The notes: a model not told the origin generated them from the sequence alone. Positions 30,301 through 39,822 are shown, counted from the stretch's first letter. The stretch: DNA of 64,000 nucleotides from a virus (IMGVR_UViG_3300037827_000187:2026-66025), one strand, 5' to 3'. A program made the numbers and translations.

Positions 30301-33300
30301 TATGGATTCACGCTCACGATGTAAGGTATATCTACCACTGTTGTCGCTGGGGTAAAGGCAATGTTCGCAATAGCAGGACTGGCGGGTAAAGCGGCGGCTG
30401 ATGCAGTGCAAACATCTGTTGTATCAATACCAATATTGTGAGCGGTTTGACTACCTCCACCACCAAAGGTTGCAGCACCACTAGCTGCCGCAGTTGTGTT
30501 AAGAAGGACATATGGAACAAAGGTCGATGCTATGTCTGTGCAAAATGCTTCATAATAATAACCGGGAACCATTGTAAAAGCGGTTACAGAAGTGTTTGCT
30601 ACCTGCCCCGCTGTCGCAGTTGATTGTTGACCGCAGTCCCATACTGGAGCGGCACTGATAGTCGTACCATTGAAAGAATAGATACCAACATGATAGTGAT
30701 CAGCAGCTATGCTAGTTTGGACGCCAGTCAAGCAAGTCGTACCAAGCTTTCGAGTTACATCATTGTAGAATCTGTACCAATGAGTATTAAGGGCAGTATT
30801 GGCGGCTACACCACCAGTGGTTACATTCTCACCAGGAGAAGTTCCTGGGGCGCCAACCACGAAGGAGCACTTTGATAAACATCCAGCAGGAGCAACTCCT
30901 TCATCTACTGTTCCATTAATAATGTGGAAATTGCCAGTAGCATCTGCGTACCAACCTGCATCTGTTGAAGCGAGGCCAGAATAGATAGATCCACCTATAA
31001 CATATTCACCACCACCACAGGTACTTCCACTTGGACAACCAATATTGGGGCCAGTACCAACGATGACATCTCCTGTAGAGTTAAATGCTTGGGCGACAGT
31101 TGTGTCTCCTGTCAATCCTTTGTCATCGCATTCTAAGGTTATACCAGCTGGAATCGTACAAATAATACCTACTGTACTTGGAGTGCCAGTAGATGCGGTT
31201 CTATACACTGCATAATAATCAGCATTCGTCACCGCCGTCCAAGTGACCTTGGGCCAGTTAGTGCCATTGATAGTAGTTGGTCCAGTAAACGCGGTCGTTG
31301 CACCTAGCGCGGTGCGGGTAGCTCCGACTAAAGCAACTATTCCATATGTATAAGTTGCTCCGGTACCAGAGCCTCCACCAAACACAACAGTAGGAGCAGA
31401 AGGATTGCTTAGGGTATTGGTTTGAACACCCCAACTCGCTTGATAAGGAACCTGGACAAATGAACTAGCTGGAATACCATTACAAGTGTCTACAGCATTG
31501 TTGTGTGCAATGTTATAAATACTTGAGCCATTTGGCCCATTGGTCTCAAGGATTTGATGACTCCAACAATCTTGTGAAGTGGCGGCAGCAATTGTTACCG
31601 TGCCCCCATTGGGATTTGGGCTGTACCAAGCTGTACCAGACCGGATATCATAAGGTGAGTTTTGGGAAACAGAAGCCGTTGCAGCAGTTACGTTCTGAAT
31701 GTTTAAAGCAAACTGAGTACCTGCGGTCTGCGTGATGATCTCATTGCCCTGACTGGTAATTTGAAAGATAGTTGGACCTCCGTTAACATGGTAATCAATC
31801 ATGTTACCCGTGAATCCACTGGGGGCGTTTATGCCTTCCATTGTACCGTTGGTACTAAAGGTAGTGGGGCCGGAGGCGCCCGCATTAAGATATGTTTGTG
31901 GAAAGCAGGTCGTGCCCGTGCAAGAAGATCCACCAGCAGTTGCAGGAGCGCCAGTTACTGTGAGACCTGGACTAGAAGCTGCACCGGCAGAGGTAAAGGT
32001 ACCGGTTGAAGAAGCATTGACAGTGGTAAATTGCCCTGAGGATGGGGTGGTAGATCCAATAGGTCCAGGCGCCGCAAACGTCGTGCCATTCAAGAATGCG
32101 GCATTTAGATTAGGAACCGCTGTAGTACTTGTTACTGTAAAAGGAGGTGTTCCAATTGCTACTGTTGAAACCAGGACAGGAGCCGACAAGTAGTTACTAG
32201 ACACAATCGCATTACTAGTAGTGCCAGCGATTGCAGGCCAGGTCAAGGTGGCAGTGCCACTGGTGGATCCTGCGCCAGTAATGACGCAACTTACTGAAGT
32301 TGCGGTACCGCAAGATTCCGTGCCAGCAAAAGACAAGTTGCCTGCTGCCGTCACATTGGCTTTAAGCGTTCCTGGAGTATATGTAGTACCAGAAGTGGAA
32401 CCTCCGGAATAGATACGCAAGATATCTCCAGTACCTGAGACATCGTAAATTATCTCGCCAATACCCCCTGTAGAGGTTCCAACTGCACCGACAAGTAAAG
32501 CAACAGATGTATTATTGTTGGTTGAATTGCCGTTTTTGATTACTTGTGGGGCAGTGAGATTAGCAGTTTCAACTCCTGTTCGAGTGATACCATCACCAGT
32601 CGCTGCCTCTGTCATTGTGGTTATAGCAGCGGAGCCCGTAAGTTGATCTTCAGATAATGATTTACCAGTAAAAGTAGTGGTGCTGCTGGGGGTGACGTTG
32701 GCTGCGCCAGAATCAGCAATGCCACCGTTAGCATCTCCAACCACACTATCACCATTAGTGAAGGAACCTGAGGCTGTAACGATAGCCGTGTCAGTTCCAA
32801 TAGATGAGGTGATATTAGCTGGAGTAGCGTTTTGAATTGAAATAGCACCGGCTGCGGTAACATGTGCCGGGGCTACGGCAGTCATTGCACCACCACCACT
32901 TGAAGTTACGCAAGTAGCACAACCCAGTTTACTGGTTACAAATGCAAGCGGGGCATTCACCCCAAAGTACTCTTCAGTTCCAGGAGAACCAGTTGGATTA
33001 CCCCAAAGGGTATCGGCAAGGGCACTTCCCAAGGTGGCGGTGACGGCTCCGGTGGAAGCGCTGTTGCTGAGAAGGGCTCCATCTCCAGTAAAGGATGTCA
33101 CACCTGAAGAAGTACCACTCGACCAGGTACATGCTGAGATATTAGCCGAAGGAGTGGCGCAACTAAGGAATTGCCCGCCCGAAGGGGCAACGGTGGGGGG
33201 CTGCAATAGATAACTAGTAAATGAAGCTGAGAGAGGCGCGGTCCATCCGAAAACATTGCTGCCCACTACCGGATTGGTGGTGTTGCCAGTAAGTTGGAAG

Positions 33301-35885
33301 GATCCAGCATGCGTGCCATCACTTAAAGCTGAAACCGGTCCAGCAAAGGAACCAGCACCAGCAGCCGTCACTGTGGCATTGGTACCGCAGATATTGAGGG
33401 TTCCCCCAGTAGCCGTGGCAGTTAGAGTGCAGGCGCCACTGGTGACTCCATCGACATGGAATGTATAACTAGCAATCGAGGGAGAAAAGAAATCACTACC
33501 AGTGAGTTTGCTTCCAACCAATAGCCCAGATCCAGATGTGCAACTGTAAATTGGATTCCCCGAAGTGTCCGTCTTGTACATTGTCAAGGAATTATCAGTG
33601 CAAGCAACGGTATTTTGGTCATCCAAAACGGAATTGGTACTACCACTTGGTTGCTGAACAATAGCTTGGACGCTTAAACCTGAGGTAGTAAAACCATCAT
33701 TCATGATATGAACGAGGTTTGTGCCAGAGAAGTTAGCAACATTAGGCATGCCAAGAAGACTGGTAATACTAACGCCATGAGTATTGTGGTTAGCGCCAAT
33801 CTCTATAGCATCTATGCAATGTTCTAGGTGCCCTCCTTCAAGAACCATGGTTGAGTAATCGTTACCAGAAACACCATCGCCATCTATATAAACACAGGCG
33901 TTGCCTTGATTTCCAGCGGTGTAACTGCCATTGGTAATTGAGTATCCATGCACGCCTTTTCCACCACCAGTGGCATAGTAGATTCCGGCCGTAGCAGGAG
34001 TGTTACCAGTTGAAGAACCAAGATCATTGGTACGGAGGTCATCATAAGGGCCGCTCTCAGTTGCTCCTCGTTCGACAGCCAGGGCGATGCCCGCGCAGGT
34101 GACGCAAAAAATTCCGCGAGTGCCGGAGTGCTCGCCTGCATTGACGTTCTGAACACCAATCAAACTAGGAAGATGCTCTCCGTTAATCTGGATGTCAAAC
34201 ACATGCATTCCAAAGCTTTGTGAGGCCTGGGAGCCAGGATTCGCGACGGTTGGAAGATAAGGCCAGTTGGGACTACCGAATCCAATGAGGGGAGTGTAGA
34301 GGAATCCTGTGGCAGAGCCACCATTTGAAGTTGTGCTGGGAACTGACACAGTAAACGTATTGGCAGTCGGAACAGCCACAACCGTGCGCAACATGTTGTT
34401 GTTGGCAGTTGCGGATGCACTGATCCCGACTAGCTCACCAACATAGATATTTTGACTGTTTGCAGGGCCGCCCGTTGAAACAAGGGTCTGGGTGACCGTG
34501 ACGGTCATCGTATTGCCACTAACCGAGGTGCCTGTAATAGTCAAGGGCCGAACTGGAAATGGCGTAGTACAATTAACAAAAGGAGAAGGAGTATGAAGAC
34601 CTGTACAAGGAAGGATTACACTGTCTGTTTTACTGGTCCCGATAATCCCATAGAATTGATTAGGAAGAATGATGGCCGGAGTGCCCACAGTAGAGGCGGT
34701 ACAGTTGCTTCCGCAACCTCCAGTAAGTGTATTGCCATCTGTGAAGAAGCCAGCAGCAGGGCCATCAATGGCAATATTCACATTTCCAAGCAGGAGTCTC
34801 CCTGGAACTGATACTGCTCCTCCTGTTCCTAAAGCAGTCACACCATATAACATTGTGGTAGGATTGGAGTTTGCTTGCAGACAAACTTGATTGTTAGTAA
34901 ACATTCTGGCATCGAGGACACCAGGGCCATTGGCTGCAATCTCATCTGCCATAGCAAGCTCAATTGCTTCGCAGATGTCACCGGTACCACACGCCCCACC
35001 ACTGAAACTATTGCCAGGACAATATGCACTTACATCACGCCCAGTGTCTCTGGTTGCGTAAGTTGTACTTCCAGTTTGATTTATTAAGGCCAGGCCTTTG
35101 GTTCCAGACGGCAAGCTCCCTCCACCGCCCGTGCCACAATCCGCAGCTGTAGCGCTCAACACACCTGAAGTTTCATGCACACAAAAAGGACCACCGGTCA
35201 TGTTGGTGGTCAGGTTGCCTGTGAAAGATCCGGTTGTAAAAGCACCGGTAGAAGGGGTTGTACCGCCAATAGGACCAGGGGAAGGAAAAGAACTAGTCGA
35301 ACCGTTTAGGGTAACGGATGTTCCTGCAATGGTAATTGAAGGACAGGTTGCGCCAGCTGCACAAGTAAGAGTACCGCCGCTTTGAATGGTTAAAGTAGCT
35401 GCACCGGGGACATTTTCACCCCCCGTGACGGTAGTCACCCCAGTAACACCAAGAGTTCCAGCTACAGTTTGATTATTAACTGCCAGTGTATGAGACCCGA
35501 CAGTGTAGTTAAAATTTGCGTTATCTTGAGTAACCGCGCCACTAGCACCAGCAAAAGGAACGCTGGTACTAGTTAAAGTGCTGCTTCCGGAATACAGGAC
35601 ATTTGCACCAATGAGACCGGTGCTTGCTGGCACCAAGGTACCACTCGCCCCAATCACCAAAGCATTGGTGTTAGTCCCGGCGCCTACTGTACTGAAATTG
35701 GGTGAACCTCCGCAAGCTCCTCCTGAGTCTTGAAGAGTCGTGGCATTTAACCAACTGGCACAATTGTTCGCCACGGGTGAGCCATTAATCTTAGCTCCAG
35801 CCCCTCCACCACCAGAGAACTGGCTTTGACCCAAGGCCAAGCCTGTCAACAGAACCAAACTCGATAATAGAGACTTAATCTTCAT
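30300..35885 (-). CDS. Giant (1861 aa) Gly/Thr/Ser/Cys-rich fibre/adhesin-like protein with signal peptide
   Basis: MKIKSLLSSLVLLTGLALG|QSQ; repeated PGPIG.TTPS.G.FT; many Cys pairs. Confidence 0.65.
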   Translation of the reverse strand: MKIKSLLSSLVLLTGLALGQSQFSGGGGAGAKINGSPVANNCASWLNATTLQDSGGACGGSPNFSTVGAGTNTNALVIGASGTLVPASTGLIGANVLYSGSSTLTSTSVPFAGASGAVTQDNANFNYTVGSHTLAVNNQTVAGTLGVTGVTTVTGGENVPGAATLTIQSGGTLTCAAGATCPSITIAGTSVTLNGSTSSFPSPGPIGGTTPSTGAFTTGSFTGNLTTNMTGGPFCVHETSGVLSATAADCGTGGGGSLPSGTKGLALINQTGSTTYATRDTGRDVSAYCPGNSFSGGACGTGDICEAIELAMADEIAANGPGVLDARMFTNNQVCLQANSNPTTMLYGVTALGTGGAVSVPGRLLLGNVNIAIDGPAAGFFTDGNTLTGGCGSNCTASTVGTPAIILPNQFYGIIGTSKTDSVILPCTGLHTPSPFVNCTTPFPVRPLTITGTSVSGNTMTVTVTQTLVSTGGPANSQNIYVGELVGISASATANNNMLRTVVAVPTANTFTVSVPSTTSNGGSATGFLYTPLIGFGSPNWPYLPTVANPGSQASQSFGMHVFDIQINGEHLPSLIGVQNVNAGEHSGTRGIFCVTCAGIALAVERGATESGPYDDLRTNDLGSSTGNTPATAGIYYATGGGKGVHGYSITNGSYTAGNQGNACVYIDGDGVSGNDYSTMVLEGGHLEHCIDAIEIGANHNTHGVSITSLLGMPNVANFSGTNLVHIMNDGFTTSGLSVQAIVQQPSGSTNSVLDDQNTVACTDNSLTMYKTDTSGNPIYSCTSGSGLLVGSKLTGSDFFSPSIASYTFHVDGVTSGACTLTATATGGTLNICGTNATVTAAGAGSFAGPVSALSDGTHAGSFQLTGNTTNPVVGSNVFGWTAPLSASFTSYLLQPPTVAPSGGQFLSCATPSANISACTWSSGTSSGVTSFTGDGALLSNSASTGAVTATLGSALADTLWGNPTGSPGTEEYFGVNAPLAFVTSKLGCATCVTSSGGGAMTAVAPAHVTAAGAISIQNATPANITSSIGTDTAIVTASGSFTNGDSVVGDANGGIADSGAANVTPSSTTTFTGKSLSEDQLTGSAAITTMTEAATGDGITRTGVETANLTAPQVIKNGNSTNNNTSVALLVGAVGTSTGGIGEIIYDVSGTGDILRIYSGGSTSGTTYTPGTLKANVTAAGNLSFAGTESCGTATSVSCVITGAGSTSGTATLTWPAIAGTTSNAIVSSNYLSAPVLVSTVAIGTPPFTVTSTTAVPNLNAAFLNGTTFAAPGPIGSTTPSSGQFTTVNASSTGTFTSAGAASSPGLTVTGAPATAGGSSCTGTTCFPQTYLNAGASGPTTFSTNGTMEGINAPSGFTGNMIDYHVNGGPTIFQITSQGNEIITQTAGTQFALNIQNVTAATASVSQNSPYDIRSGTAWYSPNPNGGTVTIAAATSQDCWSHQILETNGPNGSSIYNIAHNNAVDTCNGIPASSFVQVPYQASWGVQTNTLSNPSAPTVVFGGGSGTGATYTYGIVALVGATRTALGATTAFTGPTTINGTNWPKVTWTAVTNADYYAVYRTASTGTPSTVGIICTIPAGITLECDDKGLTGDTTVAQAFNSTGDVIVGTGPNIGCPSGSTCGGGEYVIGGSIYSGLASTDAGWYADATGNFHIINGTVDEGVAPAGCLSKCSFVVGAPGTSPGENVTTGGVAANTALNTHWYRFYNDVTRKLGTTCLTGVQTSIAADHYHVGIYSFNGTTISAAPVWDCGQQSTATAGQVANTSVTAFTMVPGYYYEAFCTDIASTFVPYVLLNTTAAASGAATFGGGGSQTAHNIGIDTTDVCTASAAALPASPAIANIAFTPATTVVDIPYIVSVNP

Positions 35886-36159
35886 GTTCGATCTTCATTT
35901 CGAATTGGGGTTTAAAGTCCCATTCGCCTTTTTCAATTTTTTCTTTGGCGTGCATAATAGCAGATTCCAGGATGTCAATGGTTTCAGGCTTGGCCCCTGT
36001 TTGAACCCACTGGGCATAATAATAGGCCGCCCAACATTCCTTACATCCATGTGTAAGCGGAGGACGGCCTGAATACCAATAATTGTGATCGGAGTGGCCG
36101 ACGACGAACTCATCGACCTCTTTGCCATTTTTAAGACGTGTGACGCCCGTGATGTCCAT
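35875..36159 (-). CDS. Hypothetical protein with CxxC
   Basis: H..H...GCKECW. Confidence 0.55.
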   Translation of the reverse strand: MDITGVTRLKNGKEVDEFVVGHSDHNYWYSGRPPLTHGCKECWAAYYYAQWVQTGAKPETIDILESAIMHAKEKIEKGEWDFKPQFEMKIEHED

Positions 36160-36164
36160 GTGGT

Positions 36165-36189
36165 GATCTAACCCCGTTTTGTGCCAGGA
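36165..36189 (+). repeat. Dispersed motif copy 6 (A, variant)
   Basis: GATCTAACCCCGTTTTGTGCCAGGA. Confidence 0.75.
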
Positions 36190-36444
36190 TTAGATATTTA
36201 TACACCCAGCAGTTGTCAAGTCGTGAAGAACCGTGGCACCAGAGACCGTATCCCAAAGACCACCATCACCGTCGACTTCGACGGCGTGGCCATTTGAGAT
36301 CACCGTGATAGCAGCAACCGTGTTGCCATTGGCGTTGGTTCGAGTCAAGGGCATACGTTGATTGGTGTAGTTCTGGACGGGCATGTTGCCCCCAGAGACT
36401 GTCACGATGCCACCGTTGTTTACTTCGTTGTATCGAATGCTCAT
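36190..36444 (-). CDS. Small DGGxWD-motif paralogue 4
   Basis: VEVDGDGGLWD; AGGAG RBS. Confidence 0.65.
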   Translation of the reverse strand: MSIRYNEVNNGGIVTVSGGNMPVQNYTNQRMPLTRTNANGNTVAAITVISNGHAVEVDGDGGLWDTVSGATVLHDLTTAGCINI

Positions 36445-36462
36445 TTTAAACTCCTAAAATAG

Positions 36463-36547
36463 TCCGGGACCTTAATCGCTCGCAGCAGAGGCAGGAGGAG
36501 GGGCTCGAGCGTTGGCGCGAAAGAGGGGACGCGCGTCGTGTCCCGGA
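36463..36547 (-). ncRNA. Candidate three-way-junction RNA with C/U-rich loops
   Basis: TCCGGGAC/GTCCCGGA closing GCGCG/CGCGC and CGCTCG/CGAGCG hairpins. Confidence 0.45.
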
Positions 36548-36550
36548 AAT

Positions 36551-36850
36551 TCAACTTGAAATCATATCGTTGCCAGTCGCGAGACTGGTGAATTCAGGGG
36601 GAACATTGCAGGGCGTAGTGGCGGCAGCATCCCAGAAGCCACCATCCGAGTCGCGTTCGACTACATCGTTGACTGCGCAACCGTTGGCGACCATCGCCCC
36701 ATTGAGGGACTTCACGGTGACTGTTAGACCCGAGGGGCGAGGAAAAGTTGTCACATACACCTGTGCCCCAACACTTGCTGCTACGTTAGTCTGGGTTTGA
36801 GTTGTGCCAATTCCAATCGAGTTGGTCGAGTTTGCGCGGTTAGTGGGCAT
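36551..36850 (-). CDS. Small DGGxWD-motif paralogue 3
   Basis: VERDSDGGFWD. Confidence 0.65.
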   Translation of the reverse strand: MPTNRANSTNSIGIGTTQTQTNVAASVGAQVYVTTFPRPSGLTVTVKSLNGAMVANGCAVNDVVERDSDGGFWDAAATTPCNVPPEFTSLATGNDMISS

Positions 36851-37113
36851 TAGACCGGATCTTTGAAGTTGGTAGAGTTGACATCAAGAGCCTGGTTCTG
36901 GGTATAATCCCATACACCATAGTCTGCACCCAGTGACACTACATCACTCGTGGCTGTGCCAGATTGCTGGGCGTTGTAAGGCCCGCCCTGGTTGGTGACA
37001 GTCTTGAGCTTTTCACCAGTCATCATCTGGACGACCTGGGTGGTAGAGCCTTGGCTTTGCCCAAAACTAGACATTGTGAGGTTGGAATTTAAAGTTCGAC
37101 TTGCGGCTGACAT
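36850..37113 (-). CDS. Small DGGxWD-motif paralogue 2
   Basis: VSLGADYGVWDYT; start MSAASR. Confidence 0.6.
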   Translation of the reverse strand: MSAASRTLNSNLTMSSFGQSQGSTTQVVQMMTGEKLKTVTNQGGPYNAQQSGTATSDVVSLGADYGVWDYTQNQALDVNSTNFKDPV

Positions 37114-37115
37114 AA

Positions 37116-37361
37116 TTATTGTCCGTTCTTGGAAAAGGTAGTTGTTCCAGCGCTGGTGTTCTGGATTGAGACATAAGCGCCCGAGGTGTAATCCCACAGG
37201 GCTCCGTCTGCCCTGGATACTAGGGGGTGGGAGTTGCTAATTAGAATGGGGGATTCCGTCGGAATAAAGTAGGAAGCGCCCCCGCCTGTTACACTCTCCA
37301 CGAGGCTCGTGTCTGCGGTCGCTGAGGCGACGTTATTCAGATAACTTGGGTTGACTGGCAT
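37116..37361 (-). CDS. Small DGGxWD-motif paralogue 1
   Basis: VSRADGALWDYT; start MPVNPS. Confidence 0.6.
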   Translation of the reverse strand: MPVNPSYLNNVASATADTSLVESVTGGGASYFIPTESPILISNSHPLVSRADGALWDYTSGAYVSIQNTSAGTTTFSKNGQ

Positions 37362-37650
37362 TACTGTGCTCAATTTGAAGACTCCGTATTTGAAGGGCCG
37401 CGAGGGCCAATTTAGCTCCGGTGAACATCGAGAGAAGGGTGGGGCTCGGTTGGAACATACCCAGCAGCATAACATTCGAGACCAAGAGGATCGCGACGGC
37501 AGCCGTGATACCCTCGGTCCGTGCCACATAGCGGACAAGGGGATTGAGTTCTACGTTTATCCCATACTTCCTCATCCGTTTCCCGGAGAGGTAAAGATCG
37601 AGGCCAATTAATAGCAAACATAAACTATCTAAGATTAGGAGCTGCGGCAT
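37333..37650 (-). CDS. Small membrane protein, DUF5658-like
   Basis: Three hydrophobic segments; LD..LS...G..ELNPLV. Confidence 0.55.
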   Translation of the reverse strand: MPQLLILDSLCLLLIGLDLYLSGKRMRKYGINVELNPLVRYVARTEGITAAVAILLVSNVMLLGMFQPSPTLLSMFTGAKLALAALQIRSLQIEHSNASQPKLSE

Positions 37651-37798
37651 TGCTGTAACTCCCGCCGAAGTTCTCCGGGACATTGGCCTGGAGACGATCG
37701 GCCCGGCCAGCCATGGGTTGATAGGGTTGAGGCTCTATTTCGTTGCCGAAGCCTACATATTCAGGAGACTGCGTCTGACTGAGCCCAGGATAGTTCAA
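37625..37798 (-). CDS. 57-aa PYxPxxGRAD-motif protein (absent from ORF track)
   Basis: GGAGGT RBS, TTG start overlapping the upstream TGA; QPYQPMAGRADRLQANV. Confidence 0.7.
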   Translation of the reverse strand: MNYPGLSQTQSPEYVGFGNEIEPQPYQPMAGRADRLQANVPENFGGSYSNAAAPNLR

Positions 37799-38067
37799 AT
37801 AACACCTCCACCGAGGGAGTTCATCTGGGGACCCTTGGTGTAGATGTTAGCCCCTAGCCTATCGGCTCGCCCGGCTGCGGGCACATAGGGTTGATACATG
37901 TCAGCTCCGCCAGTCTCAGGCTTGTAGCCGGTGCCATCGGCCCCACTATTGGTGCCGCCCATCGGTGCCGTCGATAGGGCATTAGCCTGGGCTGAGGTGG
38001 GATCTGCTTTGCCATAAGGAGCAGCATTGCCCATCCCAGAAGGAATCGAATTGAGGGGATCATGCAT
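37795..38067 (-). CDS. Small PYxPxxGRAD-motif protein
   Basis: QPYVPAAGRADRLGANI. Confidence 0.65.
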   Translation of the reverse strand: MHDPLNSIPSGMGNAAPYGKADPTSAQANALSTAPMGGTNSGADGTGYKPETGGADMYQPYVPAAGRADRLGANIYTKGPQMNSLGGGVI

Positions 38068-38306
38068 TAGAAGCCTGCGTCAGTGTCGGAGGCCGAGTCA
38101 TGCTGGGCCTCGCTGGAGCCATAGTGATAACTGGCTCCTTGGCACTCGTCCATCCGAGATCGATCCTGGTCTCGGCCTGGATTGGCTCCTTCGAGCTTGG
38201 ATACCGAGCCATCCATGTAGGAGGGTTCCAGGGACTGGGCAGGAGGCCCAATCTTAGGAGCTTCTTCCCCAAAGGGCTTTGCTAAACTAGTTAAGGTGTC
38301 CATCAT
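38067..38306 (-). CDS. Small acidic disordered protein
   Basis: Stop overlaps the next start; D/E/S-rich. Confidence 0.5.
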   Translation of the reverse strand: MMDTLTSLAKPFGEEAPKIGPPAQSLEPSYMDGSVSKLEGANPGRDQDRSRMDECQGASYHYGSSEAQHDSASDTDAGF

Positions 38307-38652
38307 GATCGCTATCTAGGCTCCATTGATCAGCCTGGCGAACTCGAATCGGGGCCGTGGGATCATAACTATCACCGTAGGCATCGATGTCAACTTCGTA
38401 ACATTTGGTTCCTTCTCCAGATGTATCCCCCTCGCAAAAAACGGGGTTGTATGGAGGCGTGAGAAACCCACTCGGATTAAGATATCCAACCTTAAACATA
38501 GGAGGGGCCGGAGACATTCCAGAGCGGTTTTCACCTTCCTCGGAATGAATTGAGCCCACTTCCTGGGAACGTCGGTCGGCTGCGGTGCTGGAATCAGTCC
38601 TCGATTGATTTGAGGACCGATCCCCGGCTTGAAGGGGATGGGGATCGCTCAT
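38287..38652 (-). CDS. Small acidic disordered protein
   Basis: ATGA coupling with the upstream gene. Confidence 0.5.
   Translation of the reverse strand: MSDPHPLQAGDRSSNQSRTDSSTAADRRSQEVGSIHSEEGENRSGMSPAPPMFKVGYLNPSGFLTPPYNPVFCEGDTSGEGTKCYEVDIDAYGDSYDPTAPIRVRQADQWSLDSDHDGHLN
38429..38448 (-). repeat. Dispersed motif copy 7 (B)
   Basis: CCCTCGCAAAAAACGGGGTT, inside a CDS. Confidence 0.75.
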
Positions 38653-39170
38653 GCGATTCTCGCAAGATAGATCATAAGGCTCAAATCGACCAGAGCAGTC
38701 GTGGCGGTCGCACCGAGATAAGCATTGATGCGGCTATTTGGAAGCACAGTCAGATTGTCTATGTTGGTATTGATAGTTAAATTTGAAGGGGTATTGGCAG
38801 TCAAGGCAGTATTGAGGCCATAATTTGAGGCACTGAGAATATTGGAGCCCGATTTGTCAGCAGTTCCGGCAGGAACATTCTCAATAAACAAAGTGGCCGC
38901 ACCAGAAGCAGCCGTGCCATAATAAATACTAACACCGAGGACTTGATATTTTGAGCCCATTGGAACCAGAGCACTAGCTGCTGAAGGATTCGGAGGGGCA
39001 ATAAAAAGTGTATAGACGTGTGCAGCAATAATAGTAGCTGCATCCCCGACCAAGGAGATTGGTTCCATTACCTGAAAAGCTGTAACTGTTCCCGCACCGG
39101 CTCCATTTGGAAACTCGACGCCTGCGCTGGGGCCAAAAAGCCCTAAATTATCTCTAACATTAAAACTCAT
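38649..39170 (-). CDS. Beta-rich putative virion decoration protein
   Basis: Ala/Thr-rich alternating beta pattern; AGGA RBS. Confidence 0.5.
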   Translation of the reverse strand: MSFNVRDNLGLFGPSAGVEFPNGAGAGTVTAFQVMEPISLVGDAATIIAAHVYTLFIAPPNPSAASALVPMGSKYQVLGVSIYYGTAASGAATLFIENVPAGTADKSGSNILSASNYGLNTALTANTPSNLTINTNIDNLTVLPNSRINAYLGATATTALVDLSLMIYLARIA

Positions 39171-39423
39171 GATCCTGTTCCTTTTCTTTGTCTTTTAGGA
39201 ATTCAGCGGGAGCCGTAGGACTAGCAATCTGCTTGGGATGAAATGACACTACACCACAAGCTTTACAAACATTGATCACCCAAAGCACCCCGTCTTTTTG
39301 AATATAAACCACTTCGGCCACGTAGACCGAGTGTTTGCCTTCGCATTTCCTGTTATCCACAGGCGCTCCTCCGGAGAAACGAAGGGGGATTAATCCCCCT
39401 TGTATGTTTGTTGCATTAGCCAT
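39160..39423 (-). CDS. Hypothetical zinc-ribbon protein
   Basis: C...H...CKACG. Confidence 0.5.
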   Translation of the reverse strand: MANATNIQGGLIPLRFSGGAPVDNRKCEGKHSVYVAEVVYIQKDGVLWVINVCKACGVVSFHPKQIASPTAPAEFLKDKEKEQDHEF

Positions 39424-39806
39424 TAGGGGCAAACGATAAAATCAATCGTGTAGCTGGTGGCTGCGAAGTTGGCCGCCGCAGTGACAACGAAACCTGTGGT
39501 TGTAATACTAGTCACGCCGACAATAAATACCGTTGCCGACCATGTACCAGCGGCAGAACCGGTTGAACTCGCGGTGGCCATGACCATTGCAGGCTTCGCG
39601 GCTACCGGAGGATTGCCAGGAGTGAAGAAGGGAGTCTGGGTACCATCAATATAACTGATGGTGACGGTGGCTGTGGAGGCATCACCAGTGAACGTAGCAG
39701 AGCCACGATAGGCGAGTTCCTTAGAATCCGCGCCTCCGAAGGCCATTTGCTGAAATGTAAATGCGGGTCCACTCCCGACCCATGTGGCGTTAGCTGCATT
39801 ACTCAT
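39423..39806 (-). CDS. Beta-rich hypothetical structural protein
   Basis: AAGGA RBS; VTSITTTGFVV. Confidence 0.55.
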   Translation of the reverse strand: MSNAANATWVGSGPAFTFQQMAFGGADSKELAYRGSATFTGDASTATVTISYIDGTQTPFFTPGNPPVAAKPAMVMATASSTGSAAGTWSATVFIVGVTSITTTGFVVTAAANFAATSYTIDFIVCP

Positions 39807-39822
39807 TATTTTTCCTTTTTAG

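Noticed and set aside
36724-36753. Fifth ECF-like promoter (TGACAACTTT...TCGGGTCTAA, minus strand)
   Set aside because: Poor upstream box and located inside a CDS
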